DNA of 64,000 nt from Octopus vulgaris. Taxonomy: Eukaryota. This document shows, one piece after another, positions 12,021-25,389 of the stretch (position 1 is its first letter; each line of letters starts with the position of its first letter). The DNA is taken from positions 45,756,001-45,820,000 of the forward strand of contig OX597825.1 of NCBI GenBank assembly GCA_951406725.2. The letters run 5' to 3'. A program made the position numbers and the translations under genes. A model generated the notes under the pieces. The model worked only from the letters and a program-made list of their open reading frames with translations. It had not been told where the DNA came from and did not search any database.

Positions 12021-13278
12021 GTCATCCCATTAGTTCTGTCTGAATTTTGAATAAAGAAAACAAGTGATCAAATCATCAATGTACTTTCCATGATTATCTA
12101 TGACTTCTTTCTATCCATTTACAAGCTTTTTAATCTCATCAATATAAAACTCTTTTAGTTTCAAAGCGAAGAACTCTGAAATGTCAGTTTTGACCTCCTC
12201 CTGGCTTACAAAAGTTATGTCCCCTAAATGATGCTGTAAACTATGAAACAAATTGTAGTCTGAAGGAGCAAGGTTGAGAGAATAAAGTGGATGAGGAATT
12301 TTTTCCTAACCAAGCTCTTCGATCTTCTGTGTTGTGATTTTTGCAGTGTGGGGTCGCGCATTGTCCTGATGGAACATCACTCCCTTTCGATTCACTAAAG
12401 TGGGTCTTTTTTTCTTCAAAACTTGGTTCAAACACTCTAATTGCTGACAGTAGACTTGAGCATTGATTGTTGCATTAGATGGTAACAATTCAAAGTGAGT
12501 TACTCCTTTACAATCCCACCAGATAGAGAGAAGAACCTTTTTCCCATGAAGTTCCCTTCTCGGTTGTATTTGAGCTTTTTACCTTTTACCAAGCCAATGT
12601 TTACAACATTTAACATTTCGATATAAGATCTATTTTTCATCACCAGTCACAAGTCTATCCAAAAAGGGTGAAATGAGTTTACGAGAATGGAGAGAAGAGC
12701 AGATGTCAACTTGGGATTTGTGGTTGCTTTCGGACAATTCATGAGGCACCTATTTTCCAAGTTTAGGAAGCTTTCCAAGTTGTTGAAGATAATGATGAAC
12801 AGTTGTATGGTTTGAACTAAGCTTTATTGCCAATTCTTCAACTGATAATGCAGGATTTTCTTCAAGTAATGCCTCAAGGAGCTTATCATCAAACTCAACT
12901 GGACGTCCTGTTCAATCTTCATCTTCAAGGCTGAAATCTCCACTTCTGAATTTTGCAAACCATCTTCTGCAAGTTCTTTCATTCAAGCATTCTTTCCCAT
13001 AAACTGTATGTTTCGAGTTGCTTCGGCTGCAGAGTTTCCTTTTTTTGTACTCATAAAGCATTATGTGCCTCAAATGCTCTTTGGATACTTCCATGTTAGA
13101 AAAGGTTTTAATCAAATAAATTTTAATTCTATTATTCTGTAAAATAATGTTTAATTAGTTTAAATGTACACAAATGCATAAAAATAACTTTTAATTCCAT
13201 TAGACATTCTAAAATACTATTAAATTTCATTCGGTTTTAATAAAGGTAAAATCAGACAGAACTTATGGGATGACCTAA
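12017..13278 (-). mobile_element. Full-length decayed mariner
   Basis: TA-flanked TIRs t(c/t)aggtcatcccat.agttctgtc; transposase pieces LRHIMLYEY, HQDNARPH, APSDY. Confidence 0.92.
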
Positions 13279-13289
13279 TATATACATAC

Positions 13290-13510
13290 ACACACATGTG
13301 TGTGTGTCTTTGTGTATGTTTGTCCTCCCACTGCTTGACAACTAGTGTTGGTGTGTTTATATCCCAATACCTTAGTGGTTTGACAAAAGAGACAGAAAAT
13401 GTACCAGACTACAAAAAAATAATAAGTACCGGGGTCAATTTGTTTGACTAAAATTCTTCAAGGTTGTGCCCTGTTGTGGCTGCAGTCTAATGACAAGAAG
13501 GATAAAATAG
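13290..13510 (+). mobile_element. 3' half of a tRNA/CORE-type SINE
   Basis: Similar to the 3' part of the 16247-16650 copy. Confidence 0.6.
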
Positions 13511-14586
13511 ATATCTGAACCAAACTATTATGCATAATATGTCTAGTTAATATAAGTGCCAATATAAATCTTATACATGTCCTTATGTATGCATATATAT
13601 GTATGTGTAGTGACTTCATTTGAGCATAGAGTAGATTCAAACCTGAATCGGCAAATTTTTCCTAACATTTCAACAGCATTTTTCTCACAGCAAAATGGAA
13701 GTTGATAAGTGTTACATTAAACACATGACTTTACCAAGTCAATTGATGTCTTTTCCACTCGACTCTTAACCTTTCCTGTGCCATGAAATGTTGAAATAGA
13801 TAAGGAGCGACCTACATCGAACTACCCATTGTTCTCAACAATATATCTCTTTTTCTAGCTAGTTTGCATAATTATAAATACTAGAATTCTGTAAAGAAAA
13901 ATGAGTTGGTGAAAAGAGATGATCGGAGGACAAACAGAAAACAAATCAGTAGAAATTACAGCAGTAGGGCTGTCCTGCAGGACATCCAAGTCACTCACTT
14001 TTCTTACTCTCTTGGCTTTCCACCTTCAGTGACATTAGTCTATCAATCTCCCTACTACTGCTAGATTGACGGAATCAGGCAGTGTAGAAACTAAGGCCAT
14101 ACAGTATCAGACACTGAAATGCAACACTCCTTTTTATATAAATCTGCTCTCGATTGTTGATATTATCATCTACCCATCGTGGTTAATATTGATCACATGA
14201 AACAGTTAAATAAAATATTTGTTTATATCTTCGACCACTGTCTTTATTTTAAAGGAGTCAACACCATCCACATAACAACCTGTTACATGTGTGTCAAGCA
14301 CAAGTGTTTTAAGTTATTTATCTATGTGAACTTATTGAAGTCAGTATTGTGAAAAAACATTGAAATTTAACTAAATGGACTACAAAATACTAATACTTGC
14401 CTGCAAATATCAAACTAATGGCAGAGACATTAAAATAATCCCACTAAAGCAAAACTAGGAATGCAATATTAAAACTACATTAAATGTCATATATCTAAGA
14501 AACAGCCTGCTAAACATATAATCATGGATGGAACTTTGATTCTCCTACAAGGTTGTGCCTTAATAAAATCGAAATATAATAATCTG

Positions 14587-14975
14587 TCTTTACTCTTTTA
14601 CTTGTTTCAGTTATTTGACTGTGGCCATGCTGGAGCACTGCCTTTAGTCGAACAAATCGACCCCAGGACTTATTCTTTGTAAGCTTAGTACTTATTCTAT
14701 CGGTCTCTTTTGCTGAACCGCTAAGTTACGGGGACATAAACACACCAGCATCGGTTGTCAAGCGATATTGGGGGTACAATATACACTCACACACATATAT
14801 ATACATATATACGACAGGCTTCTTTCAGTTTCCGTCTACCAAATCCACTCACAAGACTTTGGTCAGACCGAGGTTATAGTAGAAGACACTTGCCCAAGGT
14901 GCCACGCAGTAGGACTGAACCTGGAACCATGTGGCTGGTAAGCAAGCTACTTACCACACAGTCACTCCTACACCT
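14587..14975 (-). mobile_element. tRNA/CORE-type SINE
   Basis: Full-length inverse homologue of 16247-16650. Confidence 0.85.
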
Positions 14976-14989
14976 ATGTCTTTATTGAA

Positions 14990-15625
14990 CTTCTACAAAT
15001 TCATCAATCCTGAGAAATTCCTTGCTTTATATAAAAATGCCTTGAAATTTGCATCACAATTTTTTGACAACTTCAATGTGAGCAATTTTTTTTCAAATTG
15101 AATTATGCAAAAAATCGTCTTTGTACCAGACTTACTGATGAAAACCTGAGTAATCAACTAAGAATAACAGTTTCTTCAAAGGCTTGTGATATTCCTAAAC
15201 TTTCAAAAACAATAGAAAAAAAAAGAAAGCAGTTTTAGCCTTCTCACCAAACAAAACTAGATTTTAAAGTTAAAGTTAATTAGCTTTGATAAAATTATCA
15301 CTAGGATAAATTAGTTTAGATATGTCATTTACATATAATGTTATTTAGGTATTAATGTAATTTTTTCAAAATTAAGTTTGATCTGTGCTTGATTATTATG
15401 AAAAATATAGAGTACCTCATAATATAAACGTCCTAAATTCAGTGGCAGTATTAATGAAGATGTTGCGTGTTAATTTATTGTGTTAAACTTATCTTTATTA
15501 ATGTATATCAAATTATACATAGATATATGCAAGATTTACACAAAGAGTTAGAACTTGTGATCCACCTTTGGACCTTTTTCTTTGGAAATTTTGGCCCACC
15601 ACACTAAAAAGTATCCCCACCCCTG
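14990..15625 (+). mobile_element. hAT (Charlie/SPIN-like) 3' remnant
   Basis: Decayed translation FFSKLNYAKNRLCTRLTDENLSNQLRI...SH resembles the hAT dimerisation domain; ends in ccccacccctg (inverse of a CAGGGGTGGGG TIR). Confidence 0.7.
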
Positions 15626-16246
15626 GATTAGTGAAACAAATCAATACCAGTACTTAATTTTACAGTCGCTTTTGCCTAATCTTTTGTCTGAATGTTATTT
15701 CCAATGTGTACAAAGATAAAGTATGGGTGCTAGCAAAGTTGTGTCTGAATGCGTGCGACATGTGTTCGTGTGTGCGACAGAAAGTACAAGTAATAGTGTA
15801 TGCACATAAAACAGAAATACAGAGTATAAGATGAATGTCTCAGCATATAAAAGTTACAAGGACAGACATAAACCAACATTGGTTGTCAAGTGGCGGGGGA
15901 CAAAAACACATGCATATTGATATGATGGGTATCTTTCAGTTTCTGTCCATCAAATCTACTCATAAGGCATTGATTTGCCAGGAGCTATACTAGAAGACAC
16001 TTGCCCTATATAAATTTTTATTTAATACTTAGCTGAATGACCCAGCATTGCCCCGGTTACCGCTGTTCTTATATTGATTAGTAAATAATAAATATGAAGA
16101 TATATTTTTTTTCTCATAATTATTTTAAAATATCTTTATTTTATTTTAAAAAATCCAAATTGTAATGCTTATAGAATTTAGAACTGAAACTCTGTCAATC
16201 TTGAAGCACCTCAGGGTAGACAATATTCATATTGTAATTTTTTGTT

Positions 16247-16408
16247 GGCTGTGTGGTAAGTAGCTTGCTTACAAACCACATGGTTCTGGGTTCAGTCCCA
16301 CTGCGTGGCACCTTGGGCAAGTGTCTTCTACTATAGCCTCGGGCTGACCAAATCCTTGTGAGTGGATTTGGTAGGCGGAAACTGAAAGAAGCCTGTCGTA
16401 TATATGTG

Positions 16409-16439
<31 letters not shown>

Positions 16440-16650
16440 TTGTGTGTCTGTGTTTGTCCTCCCAACATCGTTTGACAACCGATGCTGGTGTGTTTAGGTC
16501 CCTGTAACTTGGCAGTTCAGCAAAAGAGATCAATAGAATAAGTACTAAGCTTCCAAAGCATAAGTCCTGGGGTTGGTTTGCTCGACTAAAGGTGGTGCTC
16601 CAGCGTGGCCGCAGTCAAATGAGTGAAACAAGTAAAAGACAAAAGAGTAA
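16247..16650 (+). mobile_element. tRNA/CORE-type SINE nested in the Helitron
   Basis: A-box-like ggctgtgtggtaag, B-box-like ggttcagtcc, CORE-like accttgggcaagtgt. Confidence 0.85.
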
Positions 16651-16743
16651 ATGAATAAATTGTTGCTGCTTCCGGCTTGTGAGCAAGCAACATAGAGATG
16701 GCCATGGGAGAAGCATGTAGTAAAGCGGTCAAGTTCAAACTAC

Positions 16744-17789
16744 TGTAGGGAATACGACCATACGTAAGGAGCTGGTGACAAATGTCTCCTTTGAAACGCC
16801 ACATGGTTGCGCCTAACAAAATAAGATAGCCAAATACAGGATATAAAATACAGTGCCAAAAGGAATGAATGAGGGACAACAACCGTTCTACTGTTTGAGA
16901 GAGAAGAAAACTTTATTTCCAATGTGTACAAAGATAAAGTATGGGTGCTAGCAAAGTTGTGTCTGAATGCGTGCGACATGTGTTCGTGTGTGCGACAGAA
17001 AGTACAAGTAATAATGTATGCACATAAAACAGAAATACAGAGTATAAGATGAATGTCTCAGCATATTGAGTTAAGTTGGAATTTGTTTACCAGTTTGTAA
17101 GTGAGGTACACGATAGCAAGTTCTATAACAAGATATTGGAGGTCACGATGCAGAGGTCAGTTGGGCACATGTTGTGCTGCGTTTGGGGCTTCAATGCTGT
17201 GCTGAGTCTCTTGATACAGAAAGTTCTTCAGGTAGACTATAACTGTTTTTCCTCGGTGAAATATTCACAAACAGCGTGAATTTAGACCTGGGCGATGTTG
17301 ATGTGTACATATTGCTGAAGTCGACGGAGATGGAGATGACATAGAGTTGAAGGACGACGATGGTGATGACGGTGGCAGAGATGGAGAACGTCCTACGGTG
17401 CTGGTGTACATTAGCATCATTGTGGCTGAAGCAGGAGCATGGCTGGCTGGTCGTCTGTCGCTGGAACTGGAACACAGCTAAGTAGCTCTGTGGTCAGTGA
17501 CTAGACCTTAGAAGCCAAAGACCTGGAATAGTGAATGCTGGGTGTTTATAAAGCCTGTGGTAGGCTCAAATAAAGGATCAGAAAAGCAGTTTTATGAAAC
17601 CTTATCTGAAGGCCGTGATTGGTTGGCTTACACACTGGCGCGAAATAAGTCGAGAGACAAACCGTGCCAAATGCTAACCAATCAGAGCAGTGGACACAAC
17701 AGGGTCAAATTAGCCAAAGATGGTTGTAATCTCAAACGAGATCATTCCTAATGTATCTCTCAAATAGTGAGGATATCAGTCACGCTACA
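16744..17789 (-). mobile_element. Solo LTR (probably Gypsy/Ty3 class)
   Basis: TGTAG...CTACA termini; 4-bp TSD ctac (16740-16743 and 17790-17793); TATA-like (~17545) and AATAAA (~16912) on minus; interrupts the helicase frame. Confidence 0.85.
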
Positions 17790-18559
17790 CTACCTTGAAG
17801 GATTGACCCTGACAGTTATTGATTGAAATAGCAAAACTTAGTTTGACTGGAACCTGAAGCCTCTTAAGTTCAAATAAAACATCTGTAGGTATGAGGGAAA
17901 TTTTTGGAATAAAAACATTTTCTCTTTTGTGACCACCTGTTATGATTGTTGCCTCTAGGACATGGGGCTTTGTGGAAGTAACAATTAAGTGAGTTTCATT
18001 ACACAGGAGAGGAAGATCAAGATTCCTAAGCAACATACTGGGAGCAACCAGTTTTAGTATAGATTGTGTGTGTGAGTTTAATAACATACCAAATGAATGC
18101 GCAAACATGCATACTCACAGACACATTGATATACAAAATGTAATGACAGTCACATACATAGCATTTCACCTCATTGTTTCATTGTTTTTGTCAGTCATCA
18201 CATGTATATGTAGATGTAGATGTTTTGCAATGTAGATGTAGATGTATTGCAAACACATGCATAGCTTTTCACATCATTTGTTTTGTCAGTTGTTACATAT
18301 GTATGTGTAGCTGTGTGTTTTAATCCATATGAAAATAAAATTATCATTCATATACCAAGACAGACGTACATTCACGCATTTGTCAATCGTTACATGTGTG
18401 TGTGTGTTTAATAATGTACCTAATGCAGAAACACACACATAGATATACACTGTCACATACATATAGTAAGATAGACACATATAGCTTTTCATCTTATTGA
18501 TTTTGTAAGTTGTATAACCAGAGCATTTAAAAGTACCCTTCAATCATTGGACAATAAAC

Positions 18560-19010
18560 TATGCTTGCAAAGACCTATTGTGGCAAGTGAAATCATTGAT
18601 GTAGCCGATGACAGTACTGCCTGATTGGCACCTGTGCCAGTGGAATGTTAAAAGCACCATTTGAGAGTGATCGCTGCCAGGGCCGCTGACTGGCTTCCAT
18701 GCTGGTGGCATGTAAAAAAGTACTATTTGTGTATGATTGTTACCAGACTGGCTCCTGTGCAGGTGACACATAAAAGCACCATTTGAACATGGCCAATGCC
18801 AGTACCTTGTGACCGGCCCTCGTGCCGGTGGCACATAAAAGCACCCACTACACTCTGAGAGTGGTTGGCGTTAGGAAAGGCATCCAGCTGTAGAAACTTT
18901 GCCAGATCAGATTGGAGATTAGAGCAGCCTTCTGGCTCACCAGCCCTCAGTCAAACCGTCCAACCCATGCCAGCATGGAAAGTGGACGTTAAACAAAGAT
19001 GATGATGATG
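18560..19010 (+). mobile_element. SINE-like repeat with internal tandem units and (GAT)n tail (RTE-associated)
   Basis: gccggtggcacgtaaaaagcacc-type units, ggcgttaggaagggcatccagctgtagaaac-type block, ggacgttaaa..(gat)n end. Confidence 0.75.
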
Positions 19011-19594
19011 TCATGTGGATGTGTGTGTGTCGCAAACACATGCATAGCTTTTCATTTCATTTTATTTGTCAGTCGTCATGTATGTGTAGATGTGTGTGTG
19101 TTTAATAATGTACATAATGTGGAAACACACACACACTCATACAAAATGTGATGTCAAGTTGAGATACAAAGTGTAGTAAGATTACATACGAATATTTCTA
19201 CATAAGTGTTTTAAACATTACATCTACTGTAGCATATCTATGTAAATGATACATACACCTTAACATATTTATGTAAACAGTATTGTAAGAATACACACAT
19301 AAAGAAATAAGTCAAGTAACATTTCAAAACAGTTCACGAGAAAGACAAATATTTCTCAATGTGTACTATTAAATAAAATTGTACAATTGAGAACAACCTG
19401 AAAGGAAAGATTATCTAAGCTGTGAACAATTTAAAATTTAATTCTGACAAAACTTTTTGAAACTTTTAAAGAAGATCAGTCTATTTTGAAAAACAAATAC
19501 AAATATCAATGAATAGACAAAATCATCGTGGCTAAATATATGACTCCTTTGACCAAACTGTGACTATGATCTTAACGATTTATGTGAAGCACAT

Positions 19595-20170
19595 CATCAT
19601 TTAACATCCATTTTCCATGCTGGCATGGATTGGATGGTTTGACTGAGGTCTGGAGAGCCAGCAGCTGCAATAGGCTCCAATCTGATCTGGCAATGTTTCT
19701 ACAGCTGGATGCCCAAGAGTGTAGTGGGTGCTTTTTACATGCTGCTAGCACATGAGCCAATCAGGTAGGCCTAGCATCAGTCACATTCAGATGGTGCTTT
19801 TTACGTACCACTAGCACGAGAGCCAGTCAGTGGGTACTGGCATTGACCACAATTGGGTGGTGCTTTTTAAGTGTCACTGGCATGGAAGCCAGTCAGGCAG
19901 ACCTGGCATTGACCACGTTCGGTGGGTGCTTTTTACATGCCACCGGTACAGGAGCCAGTTAGGCAGACCTGGCACCGACCATGTTTGGATGGTGCCTTTT
20001 ACGTGCCACTGGCATGGGAGCCAGTCAGGGGCACTGGCCTCAGCTATGATATTGGTTTTACATGACTTAACAAGTCTTCTCAAGCATATCATATCACCTG
20101 ACACATCAGGGGTATTCTTAACAGGGCCGGACATGTGTGGCTGCGATCTCACTTTAGTTACCAGGTCTTC
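19595..20170 (-). mobile_element. SINE-like repeat with internal tandem units (same family as 18560)
   Basis: Inverse homology to 18560-19010. Confidence 0.75.
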
Positions 20171-20899
20171 GCAAAGGCTAAAAGATGTGTGGAACTCAAA
20201 ACACGTAGAATTAGATTTTTCTTCAAAACATTTAAATGAAAGAGCAAAATGATATAATTAGATGTAAATTGATACATCTAATGGACATGTCTGATTCAAA
20301 ACAGGCTGACACTTTAAAGCCAGCTATTGAAGATAATCATCTTATTTCCACTGATGGACAAATAAAACAGTCAGCTAAATCTAGCAGTACACTAATAATT
20401 TAGCTGAAATCCATACAGATATTAATAACTAATAATTTAGCTGAAATCCATACAGATATTAAAGAACACCAAAAATTTGTGGACATCTTACAAGTGATCT
20501 AGAACAATGTTTCAACAGGTTCACAACCTTAATTTGAATGACACGCCATAAAACACCAGTATCAGTAAAGAACCCACAAAATTAGAATAAGAGGCCGTTT
20601 GATATATGTCTCAGCTATTATATTACTAGTGTATTGTTAAGGGCTGAAGCCATGCAAACAAGATTCAAACAGAAAACCTGAACCAGTATGGTCATGTAAC
20701 TTAATATTTTATCCTGCAAAAAAGTATCTCACAGGTTGTTGTAGTTATGAAATGTAACATAGAGAACAATGTCTTGTGACCTCAGAAAAAAAACTAGATG
20801 TGATTTGGTGATACAGAATTCAAAAACCTAAACTCCAAACTACACCAGCTGAAACAGTTTCTCAGCTACAACTGAAAAACTAAAATATAAATCTATAGC

Positions 20900-22430
20900 A
20901 TATAACAGCAAAAGCTCAATAAATTATTTGATAGAGATGCCAAGTCAGTTTATTGTAACTTCAATGTAAAAGGCACCACCACAAAAAATCAGGTTGAGGG
21001 CTACTGGAAGTCTGTATAGGAAACATAATGGGTTCAACAAAGAAGCCGTATGGCTAAAAGAACTGGAGCACAACTTCCTGCATGTTCAGCAAAAGCAATA
21101 TGATGGCAAAATACTGGAAACAGTTCTATAGAAAATCACTAGGCCAGACCTCATAATAGGCTATTAGCTGAAGAATTTCACCTTTGATCAGTGAGATCTT
21201 ATACGACTATATGGAGAAAGTATCAAGGGCACACAAAAACTGCTCCAATAGTTATCAACTACAACTATTCACAGCTCTCAAAATAGCCAAACCAGCCTTG
21301 CTACAAATTACCACCCGATAGCCTGCCAGAACATCATGTACAAATTATACACTGGGTGCCTCAATCTATTCTTGCAGGATCATTGTATCACAACATTATA
21401 ACACCTGTATAAGACAGAGAAAAGGAGGGCTGTATACAGCCACAACTAATTAACAAAATGATCCAGAAAAAACAGTAAAAAAACCAGAGGGATTTAACTA
21501 TAGTGTGGCTAGACTACCAGTAGGCTTTTGATAGTATACCACATAGTTGGATTATGAGAGCTTTACAGTTAGCCAAAGTCCCACAACTAATGAGTGCCAT
21601 TGAACACCTGACCAAGACTTGGTATACCATTTTGCTCCTTAGGAGTGATAAAAAGCAAATTGAGTTGGATAATGTTCACTACCAAAAAGGGACTTTCAGG
21701 ATGATAGCCTGTTGGTGTTGCTCTTTGTTTTTTTTTAAATCCACTATCTTACCTGCTCACAAAACATAATGACCACAGAAATGGGTCCAGAAGTATTTCC
21801 CATCTTTTCTTTGTCAACAACCTGAGACTATGGGCCAAATATCAACCATATGAAAAAGTAATTGGACTTCATTACCCAATTTTCTACAGACATTGGAATA
21901 AAATTTCTTGAGTCCAAAAGTGTATTTTAGACAATGAAAACCTCCGAAAACCTAAAAAGGACAAGAGTGTCTTGGACAAGATGAGAATGTCAGATATGAT
22001 GGACCCATAAATAAAGAAGAGACCAAGAGTGAATACCTCAGGAGAGTAAAGAAAATATGTTCATCTCAGCTCACAACAAGCATATTGCCTACAACACCTT
22101 TCCAATGCCTGTCTTCACACTACATTTGACCTTCTGTACTCAGTGAACTCAATGAGATAGATGTTCGAAGTTGCTGCTGCTCAGTGTTGCAGGAAACTTC
22201 AATATAAATGGGGATGTACACATGCTATACTTCTTGCACAAGGATGATGGCTGTGGTCTCAAATTTGTATTGATGTCATATGAAGCATGTATTGTGACAC
22301 TGAAATGTAAGCTGTGTAAAACAGATTGAACATGTTAGCAACATTATTGCCAACTGTGAAAGAATGTCTTCTTGTTACTATGTCTCCAAGAGACATGATG
22401 TGTTAGCTAGAATGATATGGAATGCATTGC
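20900..22430 (+). pseudogene. Highly decayed R4/Dong-like non-LTR retrotransposon
   Basis: Remnants NYHPIACQNIMYKLYT, WLDYQ*AFDSIPHSWI, ISHLFFV, and RHD near 22390. Confidence 0.7.
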
Positions 22431-22679
22431 AGAAGATGAAAATGAAATGCAACTATAAGACGTACATAAAACAAAACATACAAATTTGCACATATACATA
22501 CATACCCATCCATGCTGCTGATGTTGAAACTTCAATGAAAGAGCCTTGTATACAGGTTAGAAACCGGCTCTCTATTTGCAAGAAATCTTGAAATAAAACT
22601 GAATAATTACATGCACACACACACACTCACTCTCTCTCTCTCTCTCTTTCTTGCTCTGGTTGTACTTGTTGATTAATGG

Positions 22680-23380
22680 CTTATGAGGGCTGTACTCAAT
22701 TTAAGCTTTAGGCACATGAGTTATTGTGAAATCACAGGCAGACTAGCAGAGAATATAAACTTCATGTCTGATAGAAGTATTGGAGCAGTATGTTCTATGA
22801 GCACAGACCTTGAATGCCTGGATGGCTCATTAGAAATAGTTGATAGCTTTTGGTATCTAGATGAAATTGGGAAGAGAAGTGGTGGCTCTGAAAGTATAGT
22901 AGTCAGAGTGGGAACAGGTAAGAGAAAGTTCAGGGGGCTACTTCCACTGTTGGCAACAAAAGTTTATTATTTCAGATTGAATGACATATTCTGTGATGCT
23001 TGTTAGAACAGCAATGCTGCATGGTAGTGATACATGGGCCTTGAATGTACAGGACTTGAGAATGGAATCAAATGATGAGAGTATGCTCTGTTGGATATGC
23101 AATGTAATGTGCATGAATGACATAGTACAAATGTGCCGAGAGAAAAACTGGACATAAGAAGAATGTAATCTGCAAGAAAGAAGACTGAGCTGGTATGGAT
23201 ATATGATGCACAAGGATGAGAACAGCTTATAAAGAAGACCTGGTTAGAGCTTGTAGAAGTGGGATGCTTGGGATGAAGTTATGATGGCTAACCTCAAGAC
23301 CTGAGCTTCATGACAAAGGACTGGACTGACTGGCAATATGCAGTTCTCGAGAAGATCTCCTACTTAGATGAAACTGAGTT
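22680..23380 (+). pseudogene. RTE-clade LINE 3' fragment
   Basis: LEIVDSFWYL..SGGSE..KFRGLLPLL, MLHGSDTW. Confidence 0.75.
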
Positions 23381-23475
23381 CTGGAAGCACTGTGTGCATG
23401 CATACATATACATAAATGATGATATGCATGTGTGTGTATGCACAAATCGTCCTTTCATTCAACCTCATCCTCAAA

Positions 23476-23899
23476 AAGGTGACAAGGAACCAAGACTTGT
23501 AGCAATTTGCTGTACATGAGAAGACATGTCAAGCTCAGTAAAATCACCTTAGTGGTGGAGGAGATATACTGGTGCTTCAGTAGGGATAAGCAAAGTAAAG
23601 TGTGGATGGAGAGAACAGTATTAATAGATGAATAATAGTTCTATTTAGCAAGACAAATATGTGCTGCAGTTAGAGGAATGAGGTTATGACACCTCATTCC
23701 TCTAACTGCAGCACATATTTGTCTTGCTAAATAGAACTATTATTCATCTATTAATACTGTTCTCTCCATCCACACTTTACTTTGCTTATCCCTACTGAAG
23801 CACCAGTATATCTCCTCCACCACTAAGGTGATTTTACTGAGCTTGACATGTCTTCTCATGTACAGCAAATTGCTACAAGTCTTGGTTCCTTGTCACCTT
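23476..23899. repeat. Inverted repeat with 209-bp arms and 6-nt loop (no mismatches seen)
   Basis: 23476-23684 is the reverse complement of 23691-23899; loop tatgac. Confidence 0.95.
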
Positions 23900-24150
23900 A
23901 GTGAAGCCCAGTGTTTGAAGATCCCCTCTCACCACTTCGTCCCACATCTTCCTGGGTCTACCCTTTCCACACATTCTTTCCACAATTAGAGATTGGCACT
24001 TCTTTCAGCAGATGTTCTCATCCATACACATCACATGATCAAACCAGCACAGTCTTCTCTCTTGCACACAACATCTGATGCTTCTTATACTCAGTTTTCA
24101 TCTTAAATCATTTACACTCTGTTGCATATGCACAGCAGAGCATGCTTGCT
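23900..24150 (-). pseudogene. RTE LINE 3' tail
   Basis: Minus strand reads GKGRPRKMWDEVV, and WFDHV. Confidence 0.7.
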
Positions 24151-24712
24151 TCATTTCTTTCAAGCCTTCACAAGTCATCTGTAGCATTGCTGTACAACCA
24201 CTGAAGTGGAGGCTGGGGATGCCATAGCTAAAAATGTGCAGAAGCTGAGGCATCTTTGATGCTACATGGACAGTGAGCAGGTGTTGTCTCCATTCTTCAG
24301 ATTGTTGCTTCCATGGTTCACCTCTTTTAGTGAACTGAATCCATGGATTAAGCATAGACTGAAGTTGGGTGCTTAACAAGCAGAGTGCTGTCAGGTACTC
24401 TTGCTTTTCTCCCAGGTGGTTGTAGCAGTGTGTGTATGCTTTTGCACATGTGTGTAGATGGGGTGGTCAGTAGTGAGTCAGGGCAGTTTGAAATGTGAAA
24501 GGCAGTCTGAAGAATGTGTGAATGGGTGGGTGAGGATATGTGTTCCACTCACTCTGTACACAGGCATCATACAATCTGCTTTCACTCTGAGGAAGAAGCC
24601 CAATAAATAAATATATACATAAGAAATAATTAAGATTCAGTTGAATTAGGTTCTTAAGTCGAAGCAGCAAGTCAGTCTGGTATTATCTGCAAGCTTGAAG
24701 TAAGGTGAATAA

Positions 24713-25389
24713 ATCAACATAAGCAACAGGATATCAAGTAGTGATGCAGTACGACCGTTTCAAGCGGATCCATTTAACTAAACAATGCAATCATTACATC
24801 AATTTAAATGCAGTACCATCTTCAGCTGCACTAATAAATGAATAGAATTTTAACCAGTAGGACACATTAATATAATTTTTCTCAAATATTTTAACAGAAC
24901 ATTCTTGGAAGAAATTCATGTTGTTGCTATTGTAGCTAAGAATAGACTACACTTCCAAGAATCGCATGAGCCTGTTGGGATCATAGTGTTATAAGGGATT
25001 GTAATTTATTCTAATTCATTTATCTCTATCAACTACTAAATCTAAGACTAGAAGACACTCTTCTAGTCTTAGATTTAATAGTCGATGAAGAGATAAATGA
25101 ATTACAATCCCTGACAACACTATGACCCCAATAGGCTTCATGTGATTCTTGGAACTGTAGTCTATTCTTAGCTACAATAATAGTGACAACATGAATTTCT
25201 TCCATCTTCTTGCTCTTACAACATTTGAGAAAACTTATATTAATGTGTCCTACTGGTTAAAATTCTATGTATTCATTTGTGCAGCTGAAGATGGCACTGC
25301 TGATGTAATGATTGCATTGTTCAATTAAATGGATCTATTTGAAAAGGTCGTACTGCATCACTACTTGATATCCTGTTGCTTATTTTGAT
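24713..25389. repeat. Diverged fold-back (~340-bp arms, 3-nt loop at 25056-25058) with an HHR motif in each arm; probable PLE pLTR palindrome
   Basis: Centre tctaagactagaaga-cac-tcttctagtcttaga; tgcag-CTGAAGA-long stem-GAAA..gtc-gtactgca at 25280-25357 (+) and ~24745-24830 (-). Confidence 0.8.

Larger units (their letters stand above)
16029..18070 (-). mobile_element. Helitron 3' portion (PIF1 helicase C-terminus and 3' hairpin), split by a solo LTR and a SINE
   Basis: MLLRNLD..LCN..FKRLQ-type ..SFAISINNCQGQSFKVV (17790-18060) continues as CFSHGHLYVACS (~16655-16740) and NIVYPEVLQD* (16195-16245); terminal ccggggcaatgctggg..cta(a)g hairpin at ~16029-16056. Confidence 0.85.

Noticed and set aside
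13630-14280. Possible host exons in less repetitive DNA
   Set aside because: No convincing acceptor/donor pair or recognisable protein motif
22530-22575. HHR-like gaaaccggct motif
   Set aside because: The 5' core (aatgaaaga) does not fit YUGANRA and no stem I is present
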